The translations under genes were made by a program, and so were the position numbers. From contig CAZASN010000005.1 of the NCBI GenBank assembly GCA_964487915.1, positions 13,065 to 77,064 of the forward strand: 64,000 nt of DNA, given 5' to 3'. The notes under the pieces are model-generated. The model saw nothing but the letters and a program-made list of their open reading frames with translations, did no database searches and was not told the origin of the DNA. Below, one piece after another: positions 37,188 to 46,640 of this stretch. Positions within the stretch are counted from its first letter, which is position 1. The number at the start of each line of letters is the position of its first letter. This DNA comes from an uncultured Elusimicrobiaceae bacterium. Its GTDB lineage: Bacteria; Elusimicrobiota; Endomicrobiia; Endomicrobiales; Endomicrobiaceae.

Positions 37188-38108
37188 ATGCAAAAACAGA
37201 CAATAATTATTTCAGGTCCGACAGCTTCAGGCAAAACTGCCGTTGCGGTTGAACTTTGCAAAAAAATAAACGGCGAAATAATATCCGCCGATTCGCGCCA
37301 GATTTATAAATATCTTGATATCGGAACAAATAAAGAAGGCGTTCTGTCTGATAACGGAATAAGATATATTTCTTCAGTTCCGCAGCATCTTACGGATATT
37401 ATAGAACCTGACGGTAAATACAGCACAAAAAAATTTGAAACAGACAGCGAACAAATTGAAAAAGAATTGCTGTTGAAAGGCAAAGTCCCTGTTGTTACGG
37501 GAGGCACGGGTTTGTATATAAAGTCTTTTTTATACGGACTTGACGAACTGCCTGACGCAGACGAAAAAATACGCGCTGAGATACAAAAAGAAATTGATGA
37601 AAAAGGGCTTGAGTCTGTTTATCAAAAACTTTTAAAGGCAGACCCGGTATCAGCTGAAAAAAATAAAGGAAATACGCAAAGAATCGTAAGAGCTTTGGAA
37701 ATATATAAACTTACCGGTAAAACAATGACGGAATTTCTTAATAAAAGAACAAAAAAAAACAGAAACTTTAAACATTTTGTGATATTTAAAGACAGGGATA
37801 TTCTGTATAAAGACATAAACGCAAGATGTAAAAATATGATCAATTCGGGAATGATTGAAGAAACGCAAAAAGTTTTAAATATGGGTTTTAAAATAAATGC
37901 GCCCGCGCTGACAGGCGTCGGGTATAAGCATATAGTTCTTTATATAAACGGTAAAATTTCAAAACATGAACTTATTGAAAGTTTTTCCGCAGAAACCAGG
38001 CAGTACGCCAAAAGACAGATAACGTGGTTTAAAGCCCAGCCCGACGTTATTTTAATTGACGGGTCAAAAAAAGACGTTATTTACGACGTGCTTAAATACA
38101 TTTCTTGA
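37188..38108 (+). CDS. miaA: tRNA dimethylallyltransferase
   Basis: GPTASGKTAVAVEL, ISADSRQIYKYLDIGTNK, GGTGLYIKS, RQYAKRQITWFK motifs. Confidence 0.9.
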   Translation: MQKQTIIISGPTASGKTAVAVELCKKINGEIISADSRQIYKYLDIGTNKEGVLSDNGIRYISSVPQHLTDIIEPDGKYSTKKFETDSEQIEKELLLKGKVPVVTGGTGLYIKSFLYGLDELPDADEKIRAEIQKEIDEKGLESVYQKLLKADPVSAEKNKGNTQRIVRALEIYKLTGKTMTEFLNKRTKKNRNFKHFVIFKDRDILYKDINARCKNMINSGMIEETQKVLNMGFKINAPALTGVGYKHIVLYINGKISKHELIESFSAETRQYAKRQITWFKAQPDVILIDGSKKDVIYDVLKYIS

Positions 38109-38145
38109 CTTGAAATTTCAAAAGAGATAAAATAATAAAACAATT

Positions 38146-38349
38146 ATGGCTAAAATAACAGTTAACAACGACAGATGCAAAGGATGCGGGTTATGTATAA
38201 ACGCCTGTCCGAAAAAATGCATTTCCTTTTCACAAAACCTTAATAAAATAGGCTATCACTATGCCGTTCTTGAGAATGAAAAGAACTGTATAGGATGCGG
38301 ATTTTGTTATCAGGTGTGTCCGGATGTATGCATAGAGGTTTATAAATAA
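38146..38349 (+). CDS. 2-oxoacid:ferredoxin oxidoreductase delta subunit (2x[4Fe-4S] ferredoxin)
   Basis: 67 aa with two CxxCxxCxxxCP motifs. First gene of a delta-alpha-beta-gamma operon. Confidence 0.8.
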   Translation: MAKITVNNDRCKGCGLCINACPKKCISFSQNLNKIGYHYAVLENEKNCIGCGFCYQVCPDVCIEVYK

Positions 38350-39398
38350 TGTCAAAACATTTAATTAAAGGAAATATAGCGTTATGCGAGGGAGCGATAA
38401 CCGCGGGTTTAAGCGCCTATTTCGGTTATCCTATAACTCCGCAGAATGAAGTTCCTGCTTATATGTCAAATAAAATGGTTAAGCTGGGAAGAGTTTTTGT
38501 TCAGGCGGAATCGGAACTTTCGGCCGCCAATATGGTTATGGGCGCCTATGCCACCGGAAAAAGAGCCATGACATCATCGTCGTCTCCGGGAATATCTTTA
38601 AAACAGGAAGCAATTTCATATCTTGCCGGAATGGAAGTTCCAGGCGTTATAGTTAACGTTCAGAGAGGCGGACCTGGACTTGGCAATATTTCAGGTTCTC
38701 AGGCTGATTATTTTCAGGCGACAAAAGGCGGCGGGCACGGTGATTATCATACTATAGTGTTTGCTCCTAACAGCGCGCAGGAAATGTACGAAATGGCTTA
38801 CGATTCGTTTGATATTGCTGAAAAATACAGAACTCCGGTGATGATTCTTTCAGACGGAATTATAGGACAGATGATGGAACCTGTTGAATTTAACAGGAAA
38901 GAAAAAACAGAATTTGAAAAAAAAAGCTGGGCTTTGGACGGATGCGACGGAAGAGAACCGCGGTCGCTGCAGTCTCTTCTTATGAAAGACGGAGCGCTTG
39001 AACAGCATAATATTGATTTACAGAAAAAATACGAAGAAATAAAGAAAAATGAAGTGAAGTACGACATATATGAAGCTGAAGACGCTGAAATAATAATAGT
39101 CGCTTACGGAATATCTTCAAGAATTGCAAAAAATGCTTTAAAACTTGCAAGACAGCAGGGAATAAAAGCAGGAATGATCAGGCCTAAAACATTATGGCCT
39201 TTTCCTTATGAAATTATAAATAAACATGCGGGGCAAGGCGTAAAATTTCTAACTGTTGAACTTTCTATGGGTCAGATGGTTGAAGACGTAAATCTTGCCG
39301 TAAACGGAAAATCTCCCGTTGAATTTATCGGAAGAGCCGGCGGCGGAGTAATTACGGTACAGGCTGTTTTAAATAAAATTACGGAATTAAAAAAATAA
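38349..39398 (+). CDS. 2-oxoacid:ferredoxin oxidoreductase alpha subunit (KorA/VorB type)
   Basis: KGNIALCEGAITAGLSAYFGYPITPQNEV start is typical of OFOR alpha subunits. Confidence 0.85.
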   Translation: MSKHLIKGNIALCEGAITAGLSAYFGYPITPQNEVPAYMSNKMVKLGRVFVQAESELSAANMVMGAYATGKRAMTSSSSPGISLKQEAISYLAGMEVPGVIVNVQRGGPGLGNISGSQADYFQATKGGGHGDYHTIVFAPNSAQEMYEMAYDSFDIAEKYRTPVMILSDGIIGQMMEPVEFNRKEKTEFEKKSWALDGCDGREPRSLQSLLMKDGALEQHNIDLQKKYEEIKKNEVKYDIYEAEDAEIIIVAYGISSRIAKNALKLARQQGIKAGMIRPKTLWPFPYEIINKHAGQGVKFLTVELSMGQMVEDVNLAVNGKSPVEFIGRAGGGVITVQAVLNKITELKK

Positions 39399-39399
39399 A

Positions 39400-40140
39400 A
39401 TGGAAAAAATATTATCAAGACCAAAAGCGCTTAAAGATAATCCTTTGTCTTACTGTCCGGGATGCGGACACGGAATAATACACAGGCTTATAGCAGAATC
39501 AATTGATGAACTCGGTATAAGAGAAAAGACGATTGCCGTAGCTCCGGTCGGATGCGCGGTGTTTGCCTATGATTATTTTAATTTTGATACTACCGAAGCG
39601 CCGCACGGAAGACCTCCGGCTGTTGCGACGGGAATTAAAAGAACAAATCCCGATAAAATTGTTTTTACCTATCAGGGAGACGGAGATTTGGCGGCGATAG
39701 GTACCGCCGAAACTATTCACTGTGCAAACAGAGGCGAAAATATAACCGTAATTTTTGTTAATAACGCCAATTACGGTATGACAGGCGGACAGATGGCGCC
39801 TACGACGTTAATCGGGCAGGTTACGGAAACTACTCCTTTCGGAAGAGATCCGTTAAGAGAAGGATATCCGATAAAAGTTTCTGAACTTTTGGCAAATCTT
39901 CAGGGAACAAAATATATAGAAAGAGTGACTGTTTTTAACGCTCCGCATATAATTAAGGCTAAAAAAGCCATCAAAAAAGCTTTTCAAAATCAGGTTGAGG
40001 GAAAAGGATATTCTTTTATTGAAGTTATATCGCACTGTCCCGTTGACTGGGGTAAAACTCCTCTGGAATCAGTAAAATGGGTTGAAGACGTATTTTTGAA
40101 AACATTCCCGCTGGGCGTAATAAAGGATGAAACTAAATAA
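39400..40140 (+). CDS. 2-oxoacid:ferredoxin oxidoreductase beta subunit (TPP-binding)
   Basis: YCPGCGHG, GDGDLAAIG and NNANYGMTGGQ motifs of the TPP-binding beta subunit. Confidence 0.85.
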   Translation: MEKILSRPKALKDNPLSYCPGCGHGIIHRLIAESIDELGIREKTIAVAPVGCAVFAYDYFNFDTTEAPHGRPPAVATGIKRTNPDKIVFTYQGDGDLAAIGTAETIHCANRGENITVIFVNNANYGMTGGQMAPTTLIGQVTETTPFGRDPLREGYPIKVSELLANLQGTKYIERVTVFNAPHIIKAKKAIKKAFQNQVEGKGYSFIEVISHCPVDWGKTPLESVKWVEDVFLKTFPLGVIKDETK

Positions 40141-40679
40141 TGAAAACATATAATGAAATAATCATTGCGGGATTCGGCGGACAGGGCGTTTTGCTTGCCG
40201 GTAATATTTTGGCGCAAAGCGCAATGGAAGAGGGGCTTAATACGACATGGTTTCCTTCTTACGGCGCAGAAATGAGAGGCGGTACTGCAAATTCAACGGT
40301 TATTATTTCAGATGATGAAATAGGTTCGCCGATAGCATTTAACCCGTCCGGACTTATTGCTCTTAATGCTTTGTCTCTTGATAAATTTTTGCCGAAAATG
40401 TCGGAAAAAGCGGTTATAATAGCCAATTCGTCAATTATAAATAAAGATGATTATAAAAATAAGAATATAATATTTATCCCGATTTCAGAAATAGCAGACA
40501 AAGAAATAGGAAATATCAGAGCAGCCAATATGGTTGCTGTAGGCGCTTTGGTAAAAGCATTGAATGTTCCTTCATTGGAAAATGTTCTTAACGCCGTTAA
40601 GACCGCATTTGCAAAAAAAGAAGGACTTTCTGAATTGAATATAAAAGCCGTAAAAGCCGGCTATGATTATAAAATCTAA
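40140..40679 (+). CDS. 2-oxoacid:ferredoxin oxidoreductase gamma subunit
   Basis: IAGFGGQGVLLAGNILA..YGAEMRGGTANSTVIIS is the gamma-subunit signature. Confidence 0.85.
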   Translation: MKTYNEIIIAGFGGQGVLLAGNILAQSAMEEGLNTTWFPSYGAEMRGGTANSTVIISDDEIGSPIAFNPSGLIALNALSLDKFLPKMSEKAVIIANSSIINKDDYKNKNIIFIPISEIADKEIGNIRAANMVAVGALVKALNVPSLENVLNAVKTAFAKKEGLSELNIKAVKAGYDYKI

Positions 40680-40692
40680 AAAAGGAGAGAAA

Positions 40693-41172
40693 ATGAAGAT
40701 AAGGCATGCCAAAGTCTCAGACGTTAAGGCAATACATAAGCTTGTTGAATATTACGCAAACAACAAGGAAATGCTTCACAGATCTCTCAATTCAATATAT
40801 GAAAATATACAGGAATATATGGTAGCAGAAGAAAAAGGCCAGATAATAGGCTGCGGAGCTTTGCATGTTTCGTGGGATAATCTTGCCGAAATTAAAGCTT
40901 TAGCCGTTTCAAAAAATTACATGGGAACGGGAATAGGAAGGAAAATAGTTTCAGAACTTGAAAAAAATGCTCTCAAACTTGACGTATTTACTACTTTTGC
41001 GTTAAGTTTTAAACCCGGTTTCTTTCAGAAACTGGGATATGAAATAATATCAAAGGAAGTGCTGCCTCAGAAAATATGGAGCGAATGCATAAACTGCCAT
41101 TTGTTTCCTGACTGCGGTGAAGTTCCGTTGATAAAAGATTTAAAACATACCAAAAAGAAAAAAAACGTATAA
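40693..41172 (+). CDS. GNAT family N-acetyltransferase
   Basis: AGGAGAG RBS before ATG 40693. GNAT motif A region LAVSKNYMGTGIGRKIV. The ORF-track start at 40663 is less likely. Confidence 0.75.
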   Translation: MKIRHAKVSDVKAIHKLVEYYANNKEMLHRSLNSIYENIQEYMVAEEKGQIIGCGALHVSWDNLAEIKALAVSKNYMGTGIGRKIVSELEKNALKLDVFTTFALSFKPGFFQKLGYEIISKEVLPQKIWSECINCHLFPDCGEVPLIKDLKHTKKKKNV

Positions 41173-41364
41173 GTATAATATTTTATACTTAAGTTTATTT
41201 TACAATAACCTTAAAATTTTTGTTCTATAAAAACTTTTATTTCGTTTAAAAATAAAATATCTTTTATGATATAAATGATATATTATATATCATAAAAAGT
41301 ATAATAATTAAAATAAATTTACGATATTATATCTTAAATGGTATAGTTGTTTTGAGGGGGGACT

Positions 41365-42315
41365 GTGTTAAAACCAAAAGTTTCAATTATAGGGTGCGGA
41401 AACGTAGGTATGAGGTATGCCTATGCTTTAATGATAAAAGGTACCGCAAGAGAAATAACGCTTGTTGATTATGATATAAAAAAGGCGGAAGGCGAAGCTA
41501 TGGATTTGTCGCACGGAGCTCCGTATACCAATCCTGTCAACGTTGTTGCCGGCACTTATAAAGATATAATCGGTTCTGATTTAGTAGTAATTACAGCCGG
41601 TAAGAAACAAAGACCGGGCCAAACAAGAATAGATCTTCTTAAGGACAATATAGATTTATTTAAAAGCATAATACCTGAAATTATAAAATATGCGCCTGAC
41701 GCCATTTTAGTAATAGCTTCAAATCCTGTTGATATTCTTACATATGCGGCTTATAAAATATCCGGTAAAAAATCTTCAAAAGTTATAGGTTCGGGAACCC
41801 TTTTGGATTCTGCCAGATTCAGATATGAAATAGCAAAACATTGCAATATTGATTCAAGAAGCATACATGCTTATATTTTGGGAGAACACGGCGACAGTGA
41901 ATTCCCGGTATGGAGCAAAGCTACTTTGGGCGGAGTAAATATAGACAGTTACTGTATGCTATGCAACAACAAATCAGATTGTGACCATAAAGCTAAACTT
42001 GACGAGATATTTACCAACGTAAAAAACTCGGCTTATAAGATAATAGAGAAAAAAGGCGAAACTTCGTACGGAATAGGGCTTGCTCTTGTAAGAATCACAC
42101 AGGCAATTCTTCAGAATGAAAATGCGGTTCTTCCCGTATCTGTTTTAATTCAAGATTTCTGCGGTGTGGATGATGTTTATTTAAGCCTTCCGTCCGTTCT
42201 TAATTCCGAAGGCGTCAGACAGGTTCAAAAAATTGAATTTAACGAAATAGAAAAAAAATCATTTGTTGAATCTGCAGCCGTTCTAAAACAATTATTGAAA
42301 GAAGTTGGTTTCTAG
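41365..42315 (+). CDS. ldh: L-lactate dehydrogenase
   Basis: IIGCGNVGMRYA Rossmann motif. Active-site loop AGKKQRPGQTRIDLL with Gln at the position equivalent to Gln102. GSGTLLDSAR, ILGEHGDSEFPVWS. Confidence 0.85.
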   Translation: MLKPKVSIIGCGNVGMRYAYALMIKGTAREITLVDYDIKKAEGEAMDLSHGAPYTNPVNVVAGTYKDIIGSDLVVITAGKKQRPGQTRIDLLKDNIDLFKSIIPEIIKYAPDAILVIASNPVDILTYAAYKISGKKSSKVIGSGTLLDSARFRYEIAKHCNIDSRSIHAYILGEHGDSEFPVWSKATLGGVNIDSYCMLCNNKSDCDHKAKLDEIFTNVKNSAYKIIEKKGETSYGIGLALVRITQAILQNENAVLPVSVLIQDFCGVDDVYLSLPSVLNSEGVRQVQKIEFNEIEKKSFVESAAVLKQLLKEVGF

Positions 42316-42317
42316 TC

Positions 42318-43274
42318 ATGGAGGAGAATATATTAAAACCAAAAGTTTCTATTATAGGCTGCGGCAGTGTTGGTATGCGGTATGCTTATGCCTTAATGAT
42401 GAAAGGGATAGCCAGAGAGATCACGCTTGTTGACGTTGATATGAAAAAAGCGGAAGGCGAGGCTATAGATTTATCCCACGGCCTGCCGTATACTGATCCT
42501 GTTAATATTGCTGCAGGAGAATACAAAGATATAGCTGGTTCCGATTTAGTTGTTGTAACAGCCGGTAAAAAGCGGAAGTCCGGGCAAACAAGAGTAGATT
42601 TATTAAAAGATAATATAGATTTGTTTAAGACAATCATTCCGGAAATTATGAAATATGCGCCGGATACGATTTTGCTGATAGTATCCAATCCTGTAGATCT
42701 TTTAACTTACATTACTTATAAAATATCCGGCAAAAAATCTTCTAAAATTATAGGTTCAGGAACTCTTTTAGACACGGCAAGACTTAAAAATGAAATATCA
42801 AAAAACTGCAATATAGATTCAAGAAGTATACATGCTTATATATTAGGGGAACACGGCGACAGCGGATTTCCTGTTTGGAGCAAAGCTGCGGTCGGCGGTA
42901 TAAATATAGAGACATATTGTCTTCTATGTGATAATAAATGTCAATATAAAAAGAAATTGGAAGAAATATTTAACAATGTCAAAACTTCAGGTTCTGCAAT
43001 TATTGCAAGAAAAGGTGAAACTTCATACGGAATAGGCCTTGCTCTTTTAAAAATTACACAGGCCATTCTTAAGAACGAAAACGCTGTTCTTCCGGTATCC
43101 GTATTAATTGAAAATATTTACGGGATAAATGATGTGTATTTAAGTTTACCGGCTGTAATTAATTCAGACGGAGTAAGGCAGGTACAAAACATTGAATTTA
43201 ATGACACGGAAAAGCAGGCATTTTTAAAATCGGCAAATGTTTTAAAACAGTTATTGAAAGAAGTTGGATTTTAA
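42318..43274 (+). CDS. LDH-family 2-hydroxyacid dehydrogenase paralog with Arg at the Gln102-equivalent position (possible LDH-like malate dehydrogenase)
   Basis: Collinear with 41365..42315 and identical at most positions by eye, but the loop reads AGKKRKSGQTRVDLL (CGG at 42573-42575). Confidence 0.7.
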   Translation: MEENILKPKVSIIGCGSVGMRYAYALMMKGIAREITLVDVDMKKAEGEAIDLSHGLPYTDPVNIAAGEYKDIAGSDLVVVTAGKKRKSGQTRVDLLKDNIDLFKTIIPEIMKYAPDTILLIVSNPVDLLTYITYKISGKKSSKIIGSGTLLDTARLKNEISKNCNIDSRSIHAYILGEHGDSGFPVWSKAAVGGINIETYCLLCDNKCQYKKKLEEIFNNVKTSGSAIIARKGETSYGIGLALLKITQAILKNENAVLPVSVLIENIYGINDVYLSLPAVINSDGVRQVQNIEFNDTEKQAFLKSANVLKQLLKEVGF

Positions 43275-43289
43275 ATACGGAGTTTAATC

Positions 43290-43709
43290 ATGAAAACTTA
43301 CAGAAAAGAACTTATATTCAACACGTCAAAACGAATAGAATTTATAAACATAACCGAGCAGGTTCAAGACGCAATAGACGAAAGCGGCGTTAAAGAAGGA
43401 ATTTGTCTTGTTAATGCCATGCATATAACGGCAAGCGTTTTTATAAACGACCACGAATACGGCCTTCACAGTGATTTTGAAAAATGGCTTGAAAAACTTG
43501 CTCCGCACCAGCCTATAAATTATTACCGTCACAATGATACTGGCGAGGACAACGCGGATTCTCATCTTAAAAGACAAATAATGGGAAGAGAAGTTACAGT
43601 TGCAATTACAAACGGCCGGCTGGATTTCGGTCCGTGGGAACAGATATTTTACGGCGAATTTGACGGGATGAGAAGAAAAAGAGTTTTAATAAAAATAATC
43701 GGCGGTTGA
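43290..43709 (+). CDS. yjbQ: YjbQ/UPF0047 family protein (secondary thiamine-phosphate synthase)
   Basis: 139 aa. [20 protein letters not shown] and [12 protein letters not shown] motifs are typical of TIGR00149/YjbQ. Confidence 0.85.
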   Translation: MKTYRKELIFNTSKRIEFINITEQVQDAIDESGVKEGICLVNAMHITASVFINDHEYGLHSDFEKWLEKLAPHQPINYYRHNDTGEDNADSHLKRQIMGREVTVAITNGRLDFGPWEQIFYGEFDGMRRKRVLIKIIGG

Positions 43710-43714
43710 ACTGA

Positions 43715-44686
43715 TTATAAATTGCCGCTTCCTATCGTTACTTCGCCTGATCCGACAGTTTCAATGTTTCCGTTTGAAGTTTTTACGATAAGGTTTCCTT
43801 TTTCGTTTATATCCGTTACAAATCCTTCTTTTTTTAATCCGTTGACGACATAGGAGATATTCTTATTTAAAATAACGGAATGTTTTTTATATTCCTGCAT
43901 CAAATTTTTGTTTTTTAAATCACCGTATAAAACGGTAAGATTATTTACTATTTCCGCAATCAGGACGTTTCTGTTTAAATTATCGCAATAAAGAGAAGTC
44001 GCAGTTTTTTTCATTTCTTTCGGAAAATCTTCGGTTTTTATGTTTACGCCTATTCCGACAATAATGCTTTCGGCCGTCTGACTTTCAAAATCTATCGTAG
44101 CTTCCGTAAGAATTCCGCATATTTTTTTTCCGTTTAAAAATACGTCGTTTACCCATTTAATATCGGTATCAATGCCGGTCAGTTTTTTAACAGCTCTTAC
44201 TACCGATACCGCGGCAGCTATAGTTATAAGCTGCGTATCTGCCGCATTTTTATTCGGTTTAAAAACAACGGTCATATAAACGCCTGTTTTGGCGGGGGAA
44301 AAAAAATTTCTGTCAAATCTTCCTCTTCCGGCAGTTTGTTCGTCGGCGGTTATGATCGTTCCGTGTTTTGCCGTTCCTTCTGCGACCATCTTTTTTGCCT
44401 GATTGTTTGTAGAATCAATCGTTTTATAAACGTATATATCAAAGCGTTTATTTTCAGAAGACAGATAAAGGCGTATTCCCTCTGATGAAAGAATATCGGA
44501 ATTTGCGGCAAGAATATAACCGTTGTTCGTTGACGCTTTTATAGGATAGCCTTCTTTTTTTAAGGCATTTACCGCCTTCCATACAGCCGTCCTGGAAACG
44601 GAAAGTTTATCGGCAAGCTCCTGCCCGGAAACGGTTTTTTGTTTGTTTTTTTCAAATATTGATATTATTTTGTTTTTTAAAGTCAT
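43715..44686 (-). CDS. birA: bifunctional biotin-[acetyl-CoA-carboxylase] ligase and transcriptional repressor BirA
   Basis: N-terminal HTH (VSGQELADKLSVSRTAVWKAVNALKKEGY), ligase motif EQTAGRGRFDR, KWVNDV, GIGVN. Confidence 0.9.
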   Translation of the reverse strand: MTLKNKIISIFEKNKQKTVSGQELADKLSVSRTAVWKAVNALKKEGYPIKASTNNGYILAANSDILSSEGIRLYLSSENKRFDIYVYKTIDSTNNQAKKMVAEGTAKHGTIITADEQTAGRGRFDRNFFSPAKTGVYMTVVFKPNKNAADTQLITIAAAVSVVRAVKKLTGIDTDIKWVNDVFLNGKKICGILTEATIDFESQTAESIIVGIGVNIKTEDFPKEMKKTATSLYCDNLNRNVLIAEIVNNLTVLYGDLKNKNLMQEYKKHSVILNKNISYVVNGLKKEGFVTDINEKGNLIVKTSNGNIETVGSGEVTIGSGNL

Positions 44687-44712
44687 TTTATTTAAAGTAT
44701 CATATTAAAATA

Positions 44713-44751
44713 CAAATTGTCAACTTTTAAATATATCCGGTTAACAATTTG
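44713..44751. promoter_or_regulatory. BirA operator (bioO-like inverted repeat) in the birA promoter region
   Basis: CAAATTGTCAAC (44713-44724), 15 nt, GTTAACAATTTG (44740-44751), one mismatch. Half-sites resemble E. coli bioO TTGTAAAC/GTTTACAA with similar spacing. Confidence 0.7.
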
Positions 44752-44852
44752 TTTTTTAAATTATAAATAATATATAAAAAATTTTGCAAAAAAAATAACA
44801 AAAAGATAAAATTGACTGATATATATAATATATTTAAAGGAATTTAAATAAA

Positions 44853-46640
44853 ATGGATAAAAAGTATGATGCAATTGTAATAGGTGCCGGAAATGCCGGA
44901 TGCGAGGCTGCTCTTGCCTGCGCGAGAATAGGAGTAAAAACGCTTCTTATGACGCAAAATATGGACAGCGTAGCTAATATGCCGTGCAATCCCGCCATAG
45001 GCGGAATAGCAAAAGGCCAGATGGTAAGAGAAATTGACGCTCTCGGCGGAGAAATGGGATGGATTACCGATCAGGCCGGCATAATGTTTAAAGTTTTAAA
45101 TAAATCAAGAGGACCTGCCGTATGGTCGCCCAGAGCCCAGTGCGATAAAAAACTTTATTCTGCGTATATGCTCAATTCAATTATCAACCAGAAAAATCTT
45201 CACATAGTTCAGATGCAGGCTGCAAGAATTATAGTAAAAAACAACAAAGTCTGCGCCGTTGTCACAAGGCTCGGAGACGTTGTTGAAACATCCGAAATAA
45301 TAGTAACTACCGGAACTTTTTTAAACGGAAAGATATTTGTCGGGAAAACTTTTTTTGACGGAGGCAGATTTAACGAAACATCTTCCGTGAGCCTTTCGGA
45401 TTCGCTAAAAAACGACTGCGGACTTGAAATAGACAGATTTACGACTTGTACGCCGCCAAGAATAAACGGATGTTCCGTTGATTATTCTAAAATGGAGATA
45501 CAGCCGGGCGATAATCCTCCGATACCTTTTTCTCATTTTACAGATACCGTAAATTGGCAAAAGACAAAAAAACAAGTGCCGTGCTACATGGTATATACCA
45601 ACGAAAAAACTCATAAAATAATAGACGCAAATATTCAGGATTCCTCTCTTTATAACGGGCTTGCCGATGCGCACGGTCCGAGATACTGTCCTTCAATTGA
45701 AGATAAAATAGTCAGATATCCCCACAGGGAAAGACACCAGTTATTTCTTGAACCGGAAAATCTTGCAACAAAAGAAATATATATCAACGGACTTTTTACG
45801 GGACTTGGAGAAGAAGTACAGAAACAAATGCTGTGTTCAATAGAAGGAATGGAAAATGCCGTCGTTACGCGTTACGGATACGCTATAGAATATGATTATG
45901 TTCCTCCGACGCAGCTGAAACCTACTCTTGAAACGAAAAAAATAGAAAATCTTTTCCTTGCGGGACAGATTAACGGTACAACCGGATATGAAGAAGCCGG
46001 AGCCCAGGGGATTATAGCCGGAATAAACGCCGCTATGAAATTTATCGGACAGGAACAGGTTGTTTTGACAAGACAGGATGCTTATATCGGTATTTTAATT
46101 GACGATTTGGTGACAAAAGGCGTTGATGAACCTTACAGAATGTTTACTTCAAGGGCTGAATACAGGCTCAGCATAAGAAGCGACAACGCGGATCTTCGTC
46201 TTATGGATATAGGCAGAAGAGTCGGACTTATATCGGATGCAATGTATAAAAAGTTTGAACTTTACAGGCAGACGCTTGTAAATATTTATGATAAAGTAAG
46301 TCAGGAAATGCCGTCTGATGAAGATTTGTTTCCCTGGTCTCAGGCGAAAGTTCAGGATGAAATGGCCATAACTCTTAAATACGACGGATATATACAAAGA
46401 CAAAAGAGCAATGCGGCTAAAATATCCAAGTATGAAAATAAAAGAATTCCTAACGATCTTGATTTTAATGCAATTGCGTCGCTTTCAAGAGAAACAAAAG
46501 AAAAATTTACAAAAATAAAACCCGAAACTCTCGGACAGGCGCACAGAATTCCGGGAATAACTCCTACGGATATAGTATTTTTATATATAGCCATTGAAAA
46601 AATGGCGAGGAGCAAAAAATATGAAAGTCAGAGAGTCTGA
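44853..46640 (+). CDS. mnmG: tRNA uridine 5-carboxymethylaminomethyl modification enzyme MnmG (GidA)
   Basis: YDAIVIGAGNAGCEAA FAD motif, GPRYCPSIEDK, GLFLAGQINGTTGYEEAGAQG. Confidence 0.95.
   Translation: MDKKYDAIVIGAGNAGCEAALACARIGVKTLLMTQNMDSVANMPCNPAIGGIAKGQMVREIDALGGEMGWITDQAGIMFKVLNKSRGPAVWSPRAQCDKKLYSAYMLNSIINQKNLHIVQMQAARIIVKNNKVCAVVTRLGDVVETSEIIVTTGTFLNGKIFVGKTFFDGGRFNETSSVSLSDSLKNDCGLEIDRFTTCTPPRINGCSVDYSKMEIQPGDNPPIPFSHFTDTVNWQKTKKQVPCYMVYTNEKTHKIIDANIQDSSLYNGLADAHGPRYCPSIEDKIVRYPHRERHQLFLEPENLATKEIYINGLFTGLGEEVQKQMLCSIEGMENAVVTRYGYAIEYDYVPPTQLKPTLETKKIENLFLAGQINGTTGYEEAGAQGIIAGINAAMKFIGQEQVVLTRQDAYIGILIDDLVTKGVDEPYRMFTSRAEYRLSIRSDNADLRLMDIGRRVGLISDAMYKKFELYRQTLVNIYDKVSQEMPSDEDLFPWSQAKVQDEMAITLKYDGYIQRQKSNAAKISKYENKRIPNDLDFNAIASLSRETKEKFTKIKPETLGQAHRIPGITPTDIVFLYIAIEKMARSKKYESQRV

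Noticed and set aside
41171-41190. Small palindrome AAGTATA-N6-TATACTT overlapping the GNAT stop codon, considered as a terminator.
   Set aside because: The stem is only 7 AT-rich base pairs with no T-run. It is too weak to call.
44687-44852. mnmG (gidA) is often near oriC, so I looked for DnaA boxes or an AT-rich origin in its upstream region.
   Set aside because: No clustered TTATCCACA-like boxes were seen. The conspicuous repeat is better explained as a BirA operator, and dnaA/dnaN are not nearby.
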